A DNA stretch of 64,000 nt from Tubiluchus corallicola (lineage: Eukaryota; Animalia; Priapulida). This document shows, in pieces, positions 25,973-39,324 of the stretch. Each line of letters begins with the position of its first letter. The first letter of the stretch is position 1. The stretch lies in assembly GCA_030141605.1 (NCBI GenBank), contig JAQGDQ010000223.1:300179-364178 (forward strand), given 5' to 3'. The position numbers and the translations under genes were made by a program. A model generated the notes under the pieces. The model had not been told where the DNA came from and did no database searches. It worked only from the letters and a program-made list of their open reading frames with translations.

Positions 25973-27637
25973 CTACCAATCTGTAAGTGAAGACGAGCCT
26001 CCTGTATCTTCTCTGTCCACGAAAGCCTTTCCAAAACCAATGCCACTTCGGTATCGCCTACTGCGATATCGTGAACAGCTAAGGACTTTCTTAAAAGCGT
26101 GCCTGTAGTCATGACTAAACATGGCATAAATTACAGGGTTGACACCTGAATTACAATAGCCCAGCCAAAATGTTATTGAAAATACAATAGGAGGTATGCA
26201 CTCCAGACAAAAAGCGCCAATGAAATAAATCGTAAAAAAGGGCAACCAACATAGAATGAAAGCACCCACGATTATGGCCAAAGTTTTTGCCGCTTTCATT
26301 TCTCGACTAAACTTCTTGAACTCTTTACGAAACTTGATGATCTTCTGCAGGCGATTGTCGTGCTTAAAATAATTAGTCACGACTTCGTTAAAGTCCAAGT
26401 TTTCTTCTCTTACATATGGTGGTTGCCGAGTACCATTTTGCTGAGGAATATCAGTGTCTGTTTGGTCTGTAGACATGGAACGACTAACATTAGGTGTAGA
26501 CACCGACTTCAAACGTATACTTGCCCTCTCATTGGGTGTTTGGAGCTGGTTATCTTTACAAGAAAGTTCAGTTTCAGCGGTTGTGGCCGACACTGTCATA
26601 CAGCGCCCTCTTGGAGTTCCTCTTGGTGAAGGCGAGCTGTCTTTGCTAAGTCTCTCAGCACTTTCCCCACGAGTGATGTCACTTCCCGTGTATTTACTAC
26701 ACATGCTTGTAGCAAGTGCTGGATTTGATATGCTACGTTTTCGGGCACTAGCGGCGCCACCTCCCCCTCGGTGAATTCTCAGAACGCTGGCCGTGGCATT
26801 GTTATTGCTTCGGTGTACTTCTTTGAAACCACGCTGCATTTCACGAGAACTCTTAACAGCAGCCACGTAAATTCTCCAATAGAAAAAGCACATTATGAAC
26901 ATGGGGATGAAAAAAGACCCCATTGCAGAGTAAATGCGATAGCCTTTGTCCCCAATGAGGTCGCATTGAGGGTAGTTGCAGTCGGTCACTGGTGGCACTG
27001 CAGTAGAAATTGACTTTATTTCGGTTGAGCTGTTTTGCAGGGTATCGTTACACATGCCTATGCATAAATCTCCGTTGGCTGACTTATCCGTTTCTATACT
27101 TGGTAAGAGAGACTTTCTATCTTCATTCCAACCAAGCAAAGGCGGTATAGAAATAAAAAAGGCCGACACCCACACAAGTCCAATGAGCATGTTTCCCCGA
27201 AAGGACGACATCGTGGCCGGATAACTGATTGGCTTCGTTATTGCTATGAACCTGTCTAGACTAATTGCGCAAAGATTAAGAATGGACGCCGTGGAACACA
27301 GCACATCAATCGCCAACCAGAGGCGACACCAAATTTCGCCAAATACCCACACGTCTAGCACCTCCAAGGTCAGTGAATAGGGCAGGACCGTTACGCCCAC
27401 CATTAGATCGGCACAGGCCAGAGAAACAATAAAGTGATTCGTCACCGTCCGAAGATTTTTTGTCACGTATACGGCCACTATGACGAGGGTGTTGCCAACA
27501 ATGACAATAACATTTAGTGCGATTAAAGTCATAAAGGATAATACGGCTTTCCACGTAGACGTAATATCACTAACAGTGGGGCAGTTAGTGGAATTATTCT
27601 GTAATTCACCAGAATGGAGATTGTTGTTTGCTTCCAT
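25973..27637 (-). CDS. Oamb: Alpha-adrenergic-like octopamine receptor (OA1/OAMB class GPCR), 554 aa, intronless CDS
   Basis: Seven TM segments; SLACAD in TM2; TM3 WLAIDVLCSTASILNLCAISLDRF with the amine-binding Asp; TM5 YSAMGSFFIPM..FFYWRIY; LRIHRG in ICL3; REMKAAKTLAIIVG..CWLPFF; FWLGYCNS..NPVIYA. Confidence 0.9.
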   Translation of the reverse strand: MEANNNLHSGELQNNSTNCPTVSDITSTWKAVLSFMTLIALNVIVIVGNTLVIVAVYVTKNLRTVTNHFIVSLACADLMVGVTVLPYSLTLEVLDVWVFGEIWCRLWLAIDVLCSTASILNLCAISLDRFIAITKPISYPATMSSFRGNMLIGLVWVSAFFISIPPLLGWNEDRKSLLPSIETDKSANGDLCIGMCNDTLQNSSTEIKSISTAVPPVTDCNYPQCDLIGDKGYRIYSAMGSFFIPMFIMCFFYWRIYVAAVKSSREMQRGFKEVHRSNNNATASVLRIHRGGGGAASARKRSISNPALATSMCSKYTGSDITRGESAERLSKDSSPSPRGTPRGRCMTVSATTAETELSCKDNQLQTPNERASIRLKSVSTPNVSRSMSTDQTDTDIPQQNGTRQPPYVREENLDFNEVVTNYFKHDNRLQKIIKFRKEFKKFSREMKAAKTLAIIVGAFILCWLPFFTIYFIGAFCLECIPPIVFSITFWLGYCNSGVNPVIYAMFSHDYRHAFKKVLSCSRYRSRRYRSGIGFGKAFVDREDTGGSSSLTDW

Positions 27638-28017
27638 CGTCTCGCGAAGTCGGTGACGTCATTACTGAAACCACTTTCGCTCACCGCTGGACACTCAGCA
27701 CCAGTCGATTGCGGTGCATAATCACCACCGTTCGCTTAAAGCGTTTATTGAGTTACACACGTCGAGCAATGTGAGTTCAGCTCCTGATCAGATCACTTCA
27801 CATGTTGGGCTTCGTAGGCGGCAAATCTTCTTACTATCCGATAATTTATTTTGCACAAAGTAATCACCCGGCCTGGACCACAATGAATCCATGCTCCGCT
27901 TTTGTATTCAGATTTTATTAATAACGCTGATTAGTTAGCCTTTTGATAACGAGGCGGAATAGAAAATCGACGAATGCTTCAGTCTCTCCACGCCAATAGT
28001 TTCCTTTGAGGATGCAC
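27638..28017 (-). other. Probable 5' UTR part of the receptor coding exon
   Basis: Strong acceptor ttttctatagttttcAG at 28019-28018 on the minus strand, 380 nt upstream of the ATG; implies non-coding exon(s) further right. Confidence 0.55.
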
Positions 28018-29383
28018 CTGAAAACTATAGAAAACTCTTAATTAAAATGCAGAAAAATTTGCAACTGCAATATCAAAAATTCTCAAGCAGCTAGGGGTAT
28101 TATCAATTACAGTCGCGATGCACTTTGAATTGTCTGCACGGACGCATTGCGCCTTGTAATTTGCTGATATTGTACTCAAATTAGGTGGAAGCGAAGTGGC
28201 ATAGAAACGAATTCGCCGATCAACTTCTGCGATAATTTTCTGCTATCTGAATCAACCACAAGCGAAATACACCAAGATTACATTTTAATGGAGTTATGAT
28301 GAACCCCGCTTGGCAAACACTAGCATTAACCCTTTACAAGCCTGGTGATGTAACTCTCATAATGAGCAACATGCGTATAAAATGGGTAATTTGATGATGA
28401 AATCCCAGAATAAAATTTTTGGTAATTTTCACGTAGAGGTGTTGAAATTTCCTTTATTGTTAGCGAACATTGCATCAAATGACCCAAAATAGTATTAATT
28501 CTTTAATTCAGTATTGCACTGAAGTCAGTTCTTCAGGCATCCCATTTATATTGCAATGGATCGCCTCTTACGAGTTTGCTCTCGCAAGTTTTCTCTAAGA
28601 GTTCTTGCAATAAATAATATGTATCATTTATTTTGCAAATTAATGCATTATATAATACAGAGCTAAGTGGATATAGATAATTAGTATAGATAGAAATATA
28701 TAAAAAAACAGTAACACAATATGTATAAATTTGAATTAGTTAATTGGTAAATATAAAGCGCCTCATTCAGTTCATTTTTAGTGAAACCTTTAATAATTAA
28801 CTCCTGTTAATGGGCGCATTAGATTTCAAAACTAGTTTGTCTTCCGTGCTATAATTTAAATCCTTTTCTTTACTTTCAACAAAAGTTCTATAATCACGCA
28901 GCGTGGTTAGACTTGAGGTGACCATTCAGAATATTCAGTGACAACAGAATTTCGCTGTTACTTTGTCTGACGCGTTTATGCATTTTTAATGACCTTTTAC
29001 AAAAAATGTTAATAAAGGGTATAGTTTCGGCTTGTCTGCAATAAATTGCGAGTGTTAAGTATACCGGGACGTAATGATTCCGTGAATGAGCAGCAGCGTA
29101 GGCAGGTGTGTTTGCCGCCAAACCACCTGTTCCACATAACGACCAATATGGAGGAGGCGAGAGAAAAATTCTGGCGAGTTTCTTCAAATTTCTGATTTCT
29201 GATTTATTTTCTCGTTTCTGGAGTCACTTTCTAACAACTGAATCTCTGATCAATCCTGGCTTGAACCCTGGCTCTCTAGCTTGGTAGCCTTCGCGACAGC
29301 ATTGATTCCTAGTTTTCAGTTTAACAAACGAAGTGAAGTCAAAATTACAAGTCAAGTAAGAACTACCACACATTGCAGGGTTA

Positions 29384-29597
29384 CGTGGCGTTTACCAGAC
29401 ATCCGGAATGCGTTTGCGTTATGCGGATGCGGAATAGATAAAATCGGTTTTTATTGTTTATAATGCACCCGTTTAATAGGCCTGCGTTATGCGTTATTTT
29501 ATCAGGAGCTATTACTTATTGAATTTTTATACGCAGCTATTCCGCAGGTGGATAACGCATAACGAATACGCAATCCGGATGCTTGGCGAACGCCACT
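29384..29597 (+). mobile_element. PIF/Harbinger-like MITE family D, copy 1
   Basis: ~23-bp imperfect TIRs GTGGCGTTTACCAGACATCCGGA / TCCGGATGCTTGGCGAACGCCAC, flanked by TTA on both sides. Confidence 0.75.
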
Positions 29598-31866
29598 TTA
29601 AATATGCTGGAAATCTTGCGCATGAAATTAAGAGCTCATGTGAGTTATAGATATGTAATTATAATTATCACGGTTATTCTTATATATTGCAAAAATTCTC
29701 ACAGCGTGCTGTTCTTCTGCTGAAAGTTTAACATAGCCTTTTAAACAACTTATGTACAATACATCTTTATGTAGCCACATTTAACCATGTTTTAACAGGA
29801 CGGGTTTTGAACCAATTCCTTCTGCGGCCAGTTGATTGCCGAATAGCTGATGATTTGATTCAAAGGAAAGCTAAAATTTGTACAGAAACCCCAAGGTGTC
29901 GTGGTAATGTTAGTAAAGAACAAAAAAGGTTTCAAGTGTCAAATGTTTACCTCTTTTGCAATAAAGAATCAACAGCTACACTCTTGATTGGAGTCGACAA
30001 TCAAACAATTAGACTCGATAGATGTTCTGGAGTTAATCTTTGTAAAAACTGAGAAATGTCTTCTCAAAAGACTCTCATTTTGTGATCATTTACTTAACAG
30101 TTTAAGGGTGCCAGCAGCGTATTATAAAAATTACTCTGTTTGAGATATTAGAAAAGGATGGCAAACATGCGGGAAAGGGTAACAGATAATTCTTGCGGCA
30201 GCTGTTTCAATGGCTTCATTTACAGGTACGTGTACAGGTAGCAACCATTTATAACAACGACAAAAACTATAAGCGCTACTAACAATTTTACTCAAAGGAA
30301 ATACATGAGTTGCTTAAATGCAATAGGTCTGGTTATAAATGTATGAAATAAATTAAAAATAAATAATTTAATAAAATAAATAAAGTAACTGCATTAAATA
30401 AACTAAACAAAATGCGAATTACATGCACACGTAAAAATCCTCATGGCTGAATTAACTTTATTACCTGTTGTAAAATGCAAACACAGGAAAAAAACTTAAG
30501 TAAACTAGCCAACATGGATTTGTATTTAGCCAGTAATTTTAAAATTGCAATTTTCTTCTCATGCCATCTCCTTAATGCCAGTAATATCGAAGGCACAGAG
30601 TTCTGCTTTCGTGCCCCTTTGCTCAAACCTCGTAAATATGAATTGTGGTCAGACTAATGGTTTTGACCATTTTCACAGTTTAGCAAACTATTCACTCAAC
30701 TTTATAACATGAAACTAATTTAAATCGTTTGCCAATTTTCACCAGACATTTTTTACCAGAAATTTTCAAAAATTTCATCTTTGTATTTCAGGATTTTTCT
30801 CTTTCACTGAGATTTTGATTTCAGAATGTGGCAACGTTTACCTTAATGAGGTAAACATCTAATCAGTAAGGCGAATGATAGGTTCGAAAGATGGCATTGC
30901 TTATGTTAATTCGATTGGTAAGCACACACAGTGACCACTTGTCTATTCCTCTCTCGTCTTATGCCGTGTTCGTGTGAATAAGCCGTTTCGGAGTTTTGTT
31001 GGGCGTTTTAACTACAACCGTCACTTGGCGTGTGGATAAAGCAAAGCTGTCTGCTGCATCAGTTCAGTAGCTTCAGTTGTTTTACACGGACTTTACTTAA
31101 TTATGCATTCGTGTGCGTAGAGTAATTTACTAGCAGAATCTTTCTTGGGAACAAGAAAAAATGAACTAGGTAAGATTCTAGATAGCTGTTAAAACTGTTA
31201 CTGTCACAATAGCATGGACTGTGAGGTGTTGTCAAATATACATAAATGCGTTGTTTGATTCACTTAACCTTTGACCTTTTCACAATAATTATCAATCGCT
31301 GGAACTGTGAAAAGCTTTTTATGTACTTTTTTCGCCAGGTTTACTAAACGCATTGTTTTTGCAGATGGCATCATAGATAAACTAATATTTTCCTTGTACT
31401 CCTTTAGCCCAAGCTTTTTGACCAAATTAGTGCAAATGAATTACAAAATGTTATTTTTACGTCAATCAGTAACTGTTACTTATTTTACACTGCATGGATT
31501 TAGATCTGCATGGCTGTATAAGCCTGTAGAGGTACTCGACAAACATCTGTAGTTGTCACAAACGCCCAAACAAATTCCGTTCTTTTTCCATCAAGTACTC
31601 AAAAGAACAAACAATTCAGATGGCAGCTCAAACAGATCCTCAGAGCATTGAGTAGTAGGGATATGAATCCTGAAGTGCCCAGTCGAAGCGAAACTAGACA
31701 AATTGCTAATCGTTCGGCCCTTTCAAAGGGCGGAGTTTGGCTTATGAAAAACCGATACTCTGGAGGAAGACAAATTAGTTTAGTCATTGCTGTGCAGAGG
31801 GTGCAAACGATCGAATGCAGATCAGATTCTGAAACAAGGGGTCGTATTCCAGAAACCTCGCAGTGG

Positions 31867-31975
<109 letters not shown>

Positions 31976-31979
31976 GTTA

Positions 31980-32480
31980 ATTCTTTATTTATCGTGAATA
32001 ACACTTTAACCAACAATTATAATCTATTAGTTATTCCGAAATGATCCACAAAATAAAATGAAAGCAAATACCATAACAGAAACATTGTACACATTGTACA
32101 CTGCAACCATTAAACATACTGCGTCTTAAAATTCGTTTAGAAATTACACATTCTAAAAACAATTTAAATATTACAATTTGTACAAAACATCTGCAGCAAC
32201 AGACAAAAAAGACATTTCTATATTGGTTTAGGTGTCTTTCTAGTATTTTTTAAATCTTAGCTCCCTAGCATTGATGCTACTGGCGTCGGTCACTTCTAAT
32301 GGTAAAGGGTTCCACAGCTGTGCTCTAGAAAAAGCCAAAGTGCGTTTAATAAATTTCTAACTTTGGTTTTGTTAACTAGAGTCTGTGGTGTGCTGTGAAA
32401 GTCTGAGACTTATTTAAATGATTCTCTCAGATAATCGGCGCATCGCATGATTATTCAAGATTTTGTACATTATCAAACGT
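31980..32480 (-). mobile_element. L2/CR1-group LINE 3' remnant
   Basis: KFIKRTLAFSRAQLWNPLPLEVTDASS and an upstream MYKILNN-like segment; stops and frameshifts present. Confidence 0.6.
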
Positions 32481-33461
32481 TTGCGAGATTACAAGAGTCA
32501 ATAGAGTTCATGACTGCATTGCATAAAAAAATTGTCACGAAAAGGTGTGACTTTGATGTTGGCAAATGTATTGTTCATACCTTCATCTTAGGTGTAGAAG
32601 AAAACGCGTGGTCAGGAAGATAAAGAAAAAAGATAGAAAGAGGAAAAGAGAAAACACTGTTTATGAGTGTATAAATGAGTGTGAATTATTGTGAGTGAAG
32701 CGGGCGATGGAAGAAACTATGTTTTAAGGAAGAAGCAACAACCAACGTTTTATGTAGCATCCTGCGGTGCACCACATCGAAAGCAACACTCTCTCGTGCA
32801 CCACAATGTGTTACGCACCCTGGGGTGTGCAGTTTTTAAATAGAACTAAGAATAATTTTTGATTACATATTGAACATCTATCTACTATAATAAGTGATCA
32901 AAAAATCTCCCCGAAACCGTTAAGGTAGTTCGTTTTCGCTCTTCGCTGATTTTCTCCATTTCCTCCAATTTTCTCGTAAATTGCCACCACTTTTCCTTCA
33001 GGGCAAAAAGCTGCAACTTTTCATTTTGTTCATACTCTGACATTTCCTTGGTGTTGTTGCTCTTCGCCATAATTATTTCCAGCCTAATATCGAATGCCTT
33101 TTACATCTAGCTTGAAAAATATGGCGTCTCCATTTTGAAAATTATCGAAAATCAGGAATTGTTAGAGGGTTTGTTCCGTAAATTTCGTAAATTTTTAGTT
33201 TGTGACTATAGCCTATGATATGCGCCAACATCATGAAAACTCTTTTTAGCTCATCATCATCATCATCATCGTCATCATCACCGTCGTCACCAATATTAAT
33301 ATAAGCCTTATTTAAATTGGATAATACCAACTACTTATTGCGTCCATTACAGACATCGGACAGTCAATACTCTAATATAACAGTTATCTGCCCAAACAGC
33401 TAAAGAAAGCAGTTAGTTCAGCCAATACTAGATGCTTCCTAGGTCTGGAAAAGTCTGTGTG

Positions 33462-33680
33462 TCTCTGTGGTGTATAGGCTAGCATAGCTGCCCCGAAAAG
33501 AGAAGGCCTGGGTTCGAATCCCAATTTAAGTGCAGTGTTGCTTTCAAGCGCTTCTTGGATTGCGTTTAAATTTATTTAGTAACACAGTCGTAAAACCGGA
33601 AACGGCAACGGGAAACGGCCTTCTGTCAGAAACAATCATTCGATTGTGGTCTCCTATAAGTGTCAAAAGACAGCATATTC
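33462..33680 (+). mobile_element. tRNA-derived SINE
   Basis: A-box-like TGGTGTATAGG and B-box GGTTCGAATCC with a non-tRNA body. Confidence 0.55.
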
Positions 33681-33869
33681 AATTCAGTTCAATAGATTTA
33701 TTTGTCCCTTTGCCTTATATAATAAAGTGCATTGCATAATCATGATTAGAAAATGAAGTGAAATGAAGAGGCTGAGTGGCAAAATACTAGAGGTTACCTA
33801 AGCAGCCAGCTCTATATCACTATCGAAATGTTAAATTTAATGACACGTTTTTCATGAAATTAAATGTTA

Positions 33870-34000
33870 CCTTACTTTCCTCTAAATGTCGGGCACAAGA
33901 TAAAGCAACAGTAAGTACCATTTTTACAATCTTTGGCATTACTCGGCCACAGTATCGAACTCAGACGGAAACGTGTGCATTACCACTAGACTACCGCGAG
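33870..34000 (-). mobile_element. tRNA-derived SINE with a conserved-core-like body (Meta-domain-like)
   Basis: GGTAGTCTAGTGG..GAGTTCGATAC head, then ccaaagattgtaaaaatggtacttactg; related to 48040-48175. The domain assignment is from memory, not from a search. Confidence 0.5.
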
Positions 34001-34483
34001 GGTAATTTAGTTGTCTTATGAGACTACTAATAATGTTAGTCAGTTTATCTGACGCTTTTCCTTTTATCAGGCTGCCAACAATTTTTTGTCTTTCTTATTG
34101 GTTTTATAACACCAAATTGTAAATATTTGTAAATGTTACGTAGCAAGACTTAGTAAATGTGGTCACAGGCTGCAAGCGGTTGAATAAAGTCTGCTTAAAC
34201 GTCATTTTTGAGCACACATTTGCAGTCAGTACAAACTGCTGATATATGAGCTTCATGTACATAAGCAGCTCTCCTGTCTCCACCAAAGTGGTTGTTTCTG
34301 TGAATGTTCTTAATCGTGTTTCACACAGCGTCCAAGTAATCAGACCCCAACTGTTTGAAACCGCGCAAATCGATGAAATGTTGCAAGAAAGTCTAAATAG
34401 AAAGTAAGGCCTGCAAGATATTTAAGACGGCATATCGGTAAAGTGTTACGTATCTTACGGTCATAACATATGGCGGGTTATTA

Positions 34484-34800
34484 GTGCCAAATCCATGCTT
34501 TAAAAACTACACGCGTGCTTTTATTACTTAAAACACGTTGTTCCTCAGGTAATCCGGTTGGACAAAAAGCACGCGTGAATTAGAAATATTGAAAACAAAC
34601 GAAAATAAACGACATGTGCTTTTCTTCACAATACACAAGTTGATTGGATGACAACAACATATTGTTCCGAAAAAACACGCGTGCATACGAAAAAACGTCA
34701 TACTACAAACGTGGATTGTCACAATTCGATTGGATGAAAACGACACGTGGTTTCGAAAACCGTGGTTTATTATGACACGAGTCCAGTGGATTTATGAACT
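34484..34800. mobile_element. MITE-like element with internal CACGCGTG inverted repeats
   Basis: 13-bp IR CACGCGTGCTTTT (34510-34522) / AAAAGCACGCGTG (34565-34577), further degenerate copies, and AAATCCA/TGGATTT near the ends. Confidence 0.45.
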
Positions 34801-35189
34801 TCTGCACGTTATTGGGCTATTTAGCTTGACGTCAACTGCAGAAAAACATTGCCTTAGATAGTAGAATTCCTAGTACTACCCTCCTCATTTTTAAAATACT
34901 TTTCAGTGTAAAGTTACGCATTGTAATCATCTGCTTATGCTATTTTTTAAACGCCGTAGCAGTTGTAATATAGGAATGATGTTGCACTACATTTCATATT
35001 TCGTATATTTCATATTTCATAGTGGTAAAAATACATACAATACACGACAAAACAAGACATAAATACAATTTCAGTTTTGAAACATTTTGCACTACAGACT
35101 AACAAAACTATTACTGATAAAACAAATATTATTAAATCTTCCTATTTGTTATTTTAGCTAGTTAAATGAAAAGTTTAATGATTAGTGTT

Positions 35190-36200
35190 TAAGATAAATT
35201 GATATGATCATTGATATTACATAGTATATTGTTCATCGTGTCTTAAAAACGCTTTTTCAACATAATCGATAAATGCCTTAATTACTACTAAATCATTACT
35301 CCCCACCAAGAATAAAAGTTTATCAGCATTGCTCATAACGAAAAGTCTTGGTTTAATTATATTGATGTGATTATATAATATTCACTCTAAGATCATTGTA
35401 ATATAGCCATTTTATAACAAAGTGCAATTCGATTTAGATTTCATTAATTAAACAATATGTGCATATAAGATTCTCAGCCGGGATTTTTCTAGTTCAGCGT
35501 ACCTCCCTCTTTCAATAGGCAAAGTATGAGAGCTGATTCTCAGTTTTGTAAATTTCGTTACACTTGTAATGACCAGAAAACTAATAATTTTGTAGTTGAT
35601 ATTTTTTGAAGGTTCGAAACGTTCACAGCTTGGTTTGTCCATTAGGTTTGTTATCATTATGTATTTATTTTTTCCAAAACAGGGTGTAATCAATTTTTAT
35701 TTTTTTCTTCTAATTTATTAAGTAGTCGCTTAGTTGAAAACGTTGTCTGGTTATTCTACACATATTCAAAGCCATATACACATTATATATACTTAACAAA
35801 AGTAGTCTAACAAAAATCATTCTCAGCTAATGTTCGGTTTTCATTATAAGCTTGGTATACATAACTACCACAAGGTTGGCTAATAACATGTATCCAATAG
35901 CGGACTGAATCCTTTAATAAAAATGGGGAAACGACCCAGTTCTGCCCTAGTCGCTAATTTGCTCGATTTGTTATTGACATTTAAAAGAAATCTCCATTAT
36001 TTAAGATTGACCTCTTCGAAAGCACACTATCAAATTTAGTTTGAATATACGGGAAATTGTTTTTAAGTTTAACTATGCTAGGTCCCCCCATACAAAGAGC
36101 CATATAGCATGATAGGTTCTACAGCATGTTCAAATAGTAACTGGACTTACGCAGTTTGAGATGTACTTTTTCATGCAGTAAAAAGCTTTTACTCCTTTAA
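35190..36200 (-). mobile_element. Decayed CR1/L2-group (Crack/Daphne-like) LINE ORF2 3' part
   Basis: FTKLRISSHTLPIERGRY and ELGRFPIFIK motifs; many stops. Confidence 0.75.
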
Positions 36201-39200
36201 AACTACACAAAAAGCGATTAAATGGAAAAACTCACGCAATCAAAAATTCAAAATCCAAATACAAGATTTTGCATATAAAGTGATATGGCTAAACAACTGA
36301 CAAAATTGATATACATATAAACTGATTTTGCATATAAAGTGATATGACAAAATGTTAAGCGCAGTAGCAACACAATCTTAAAAACAAAAACTGCGCGAAA
36401 GGATCGAGCAATCTGAAGATTAAATACCCAAATACAAATGTTATTAAGTAATACGCGTTTATATGACAAAAGTCAAATAATTAATTTAGTCAAGCTAAGT
36501 TTTACAGTTTTCACGTGGGTGAAAGCTGAACTTTCTTTTTGAGGTAAGTGCAACTGGTGCGCCTGGGGGGGGGGGCTATTTCAAGGATCTGTCATTGTGC
36601 CATTAGGCATTGCCTTTGTTTTAAACTTTTTAGGAAGGCGGAATCAGAAAAATAAAAGCGGGTTTTTATCCAATCATATTTCGAGTCCTTTATAAAAAAG
36701 AGGCATCATTTCGTAGAAAGATCACACGTTGTTAATTTATGCCTGTAAATAGTAAATGTCGACGGAGGCTGGAACTCTAAAAACACTCTACTTTACACTA
36801 AAATGTGTAGCACGCGTGCGTCGCTCACGTATTTAGCACAAATGCTCGCCACAATAATACATTCACTACTAAATTTTACAGAAAACGCTACCTGTAATAC
36901 AGGTGAAATCAGCATTGCCATGGTTGGCAAGAACAGATATTGTATTCTACATACTTCTTAAACTGAAATCTTATCTTAACGATTTTCCGAAGCCACTGGC
37001 GTAGCAATGTCAAGTTTTTTGCTGGATAACTGCTGTTTTCCTGTCTTGAGGGCAGATTCCTTTTATTCTAGAATTTCTGCCTGCCCAGTGTGTACAACAG
37101 ACGTAATGGACATATGATGATGATGATGATGATAATGATTGTCGTTAATTTTGGCTAGAACTGTCCATGTATATCTCAGGAAACATGTGAAACTTCTAAG
37201 AGGTGTCAGAGGGAGACAGTTCAATTCCAACGCTAAACTCAAGAGAACCAGAGACTTTGAATTCAAATTTTCTTGTAACGATTTTCTTCTCTCTGAGTCA
37301 ACTTGAAAGCGGACTTAATTCAGTAGTTTTAATGTCACCTGAGTTTTTGGGGACTAAGATGGGATGCTGCTGCCAGGCAAACCCGAGCAAAATCTCTGTG
37401 CTGATGTAAATATACGTCTCTATGCTGATGTAAATATACGGAACACGTCATCACGTGATCGTGTTTTTGCGAGTGCACGGCGATTAGAATTTGTCGGTAG
37501 GACGGACTAGTTGCGTTTAACTTTTGTCATATCTTTTTAATTTATTTGAACAACGTACAGGAATTAAGTGCATTTTGTGTGCTTATCGTTTTTTAATATA
37601 CTATAATAACCTGCCCCTGATGTGTTTAGCTCTTTTATTGTCAAAAAAATCGTCTAATTACATGCTGTCCACATGCTGTCCTAAAGACTGCAATGAGACA
37701 ATACATCACAACAATCCCCTCAACAAAAAAAGAATATGACACTACTTAATAGACTTACCTCTATATAATTACGTTAATCCATCGAATTGAAAACTAAATT
37801 GTGATAAGTTAATATAAAAGTCATTTACACTGGTTGTCCCCAACATTCTTAAACGCGCATATAACATTTATAATTAGCCAATACTTAATAATGTCAAACA
37901 GAACGCCTCATCCTCATCTGAAAAGAGTAATTTACCTCTCAGATCTACACTTGCGACGCACTTTTTGTGGAAGTTGAGCTAGTGTAGTAAATTTGACGCT
38001 TTGGAACTAGTCATGCGCTCAAACTACAACAAAGCTGCTAGTTGACCGAATGCTGCGCATACGAATGGCTTCTTTCTCATCCCACAGATAATAATGGGCC
38101 TGTTGACAGCTGACACTGCAGTTGTACTTCTCAAAATGATGCCTAGCATTTATTACTGACAGAACGATCAGAGTTGGAATGGGCTGCTTGATCAGACGGG
38201 TCATGGATTGTGGCTAACCTGAGTAACTATTCTGCAGCAGGCGTTTGTGGGTCTAAGCGATTCCATATCACCCCTCCATTGTAGGCCCGTTTCTTCTTTC
38301 CAGGCTTCCAACACTGCGATGTTTTTGCTGCTACTAATGTAATGGTGGTTGTGGTGATTGTCGAAGGAGCAGGGATGGTGTTAGCAGTGGCCACGGTACA
38401 GGGTTAGGATACTGTTATAAAGTAAGATGTGAAACCACTTTATAATAAACCTTTAAGACCGCTGCCTGCAAAAGCTGATGTAATTTTGCATATGAAGTTT
38501 ATAAACAAGCAAATTCTACTAAAATAGGTATTTAAAGGTGCAGAAAATGCATACTGTACACAAATTAAAAAGTTTTAACAGGTTAAGAAGTTTCCAAAAT
38601 AAAAACATTTTTATTCAAAAGTTAACAGCTACGACACTTTAAAAGTCTTTCGCATGCCGTAAACGGGAGGCAGACCCGCAAGAAGGAGTACAAATCCTAG
38701 GTTTGTTCTAGGCTATAATAAACTAGTAGTGTCAGATGACATGTGCCGGCTGTGGCGGTGGGAGCGTGCACATGTGAAAGGTTCGGGCAAATAACTATAA
38801 GAATACAAATATGAGACTTAACATGAAGGTAATGAAAGAAATTTATTATTTAGTTGGTTGTTTATGAAACTAATTCAAACCTATTTCTGCTTTTATAAGT
38901 GAGAGAAGTTTAGGTTTATTTAGTTGTTGAAACGGAAGTCATTCAAACCAATGTAATTCGACGAAGATGGTTGCTAACAGAATTTCTTGCTCTATACGTG
39001 GCTAAAGAAAACGAGTTGAGCATTTTGCACGACTTGATGTCTTTTAAGGTAACAATCTGATATTCAATAAACAAGAAAGTTACAGCAATCAAAAAGTTAC
39101 AAAAGCAAGTGTTTGTAAGCTGCTCCCCTGCTTTAACACTCAGAAAAATCTTTAGTTTACCATTATAAACGCAGATGAAGACTGCTGTAAGAGGCAGCAG

Positions 39201-39324
39201 TACAATTTTTTTTCAAAATAATTATGATCATCCTTAATTAGAACAAAATCAAACGCGCAAGTGAAGTTCCTGATAATGTGTTGAAAGCCAGGGATAATTC
39301 CTCAGCAGTAAGGATTAATTTGGA

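Noticed and set aside
26360-27224. Antisense ORFs over the receptor
   Set aside because: Shadow ORFs of a GC-richer coding strand.
33462-33530. tRNA gene
   Set aside because: A and B boxes are present, but there is no acceptor-stem pairing and the body continues as a SINE.
38019-38400. 61-aa ORF and Thr-rich segment as an exon
   Set aside because: No homology recognised; possibly UTR or transposon debris.
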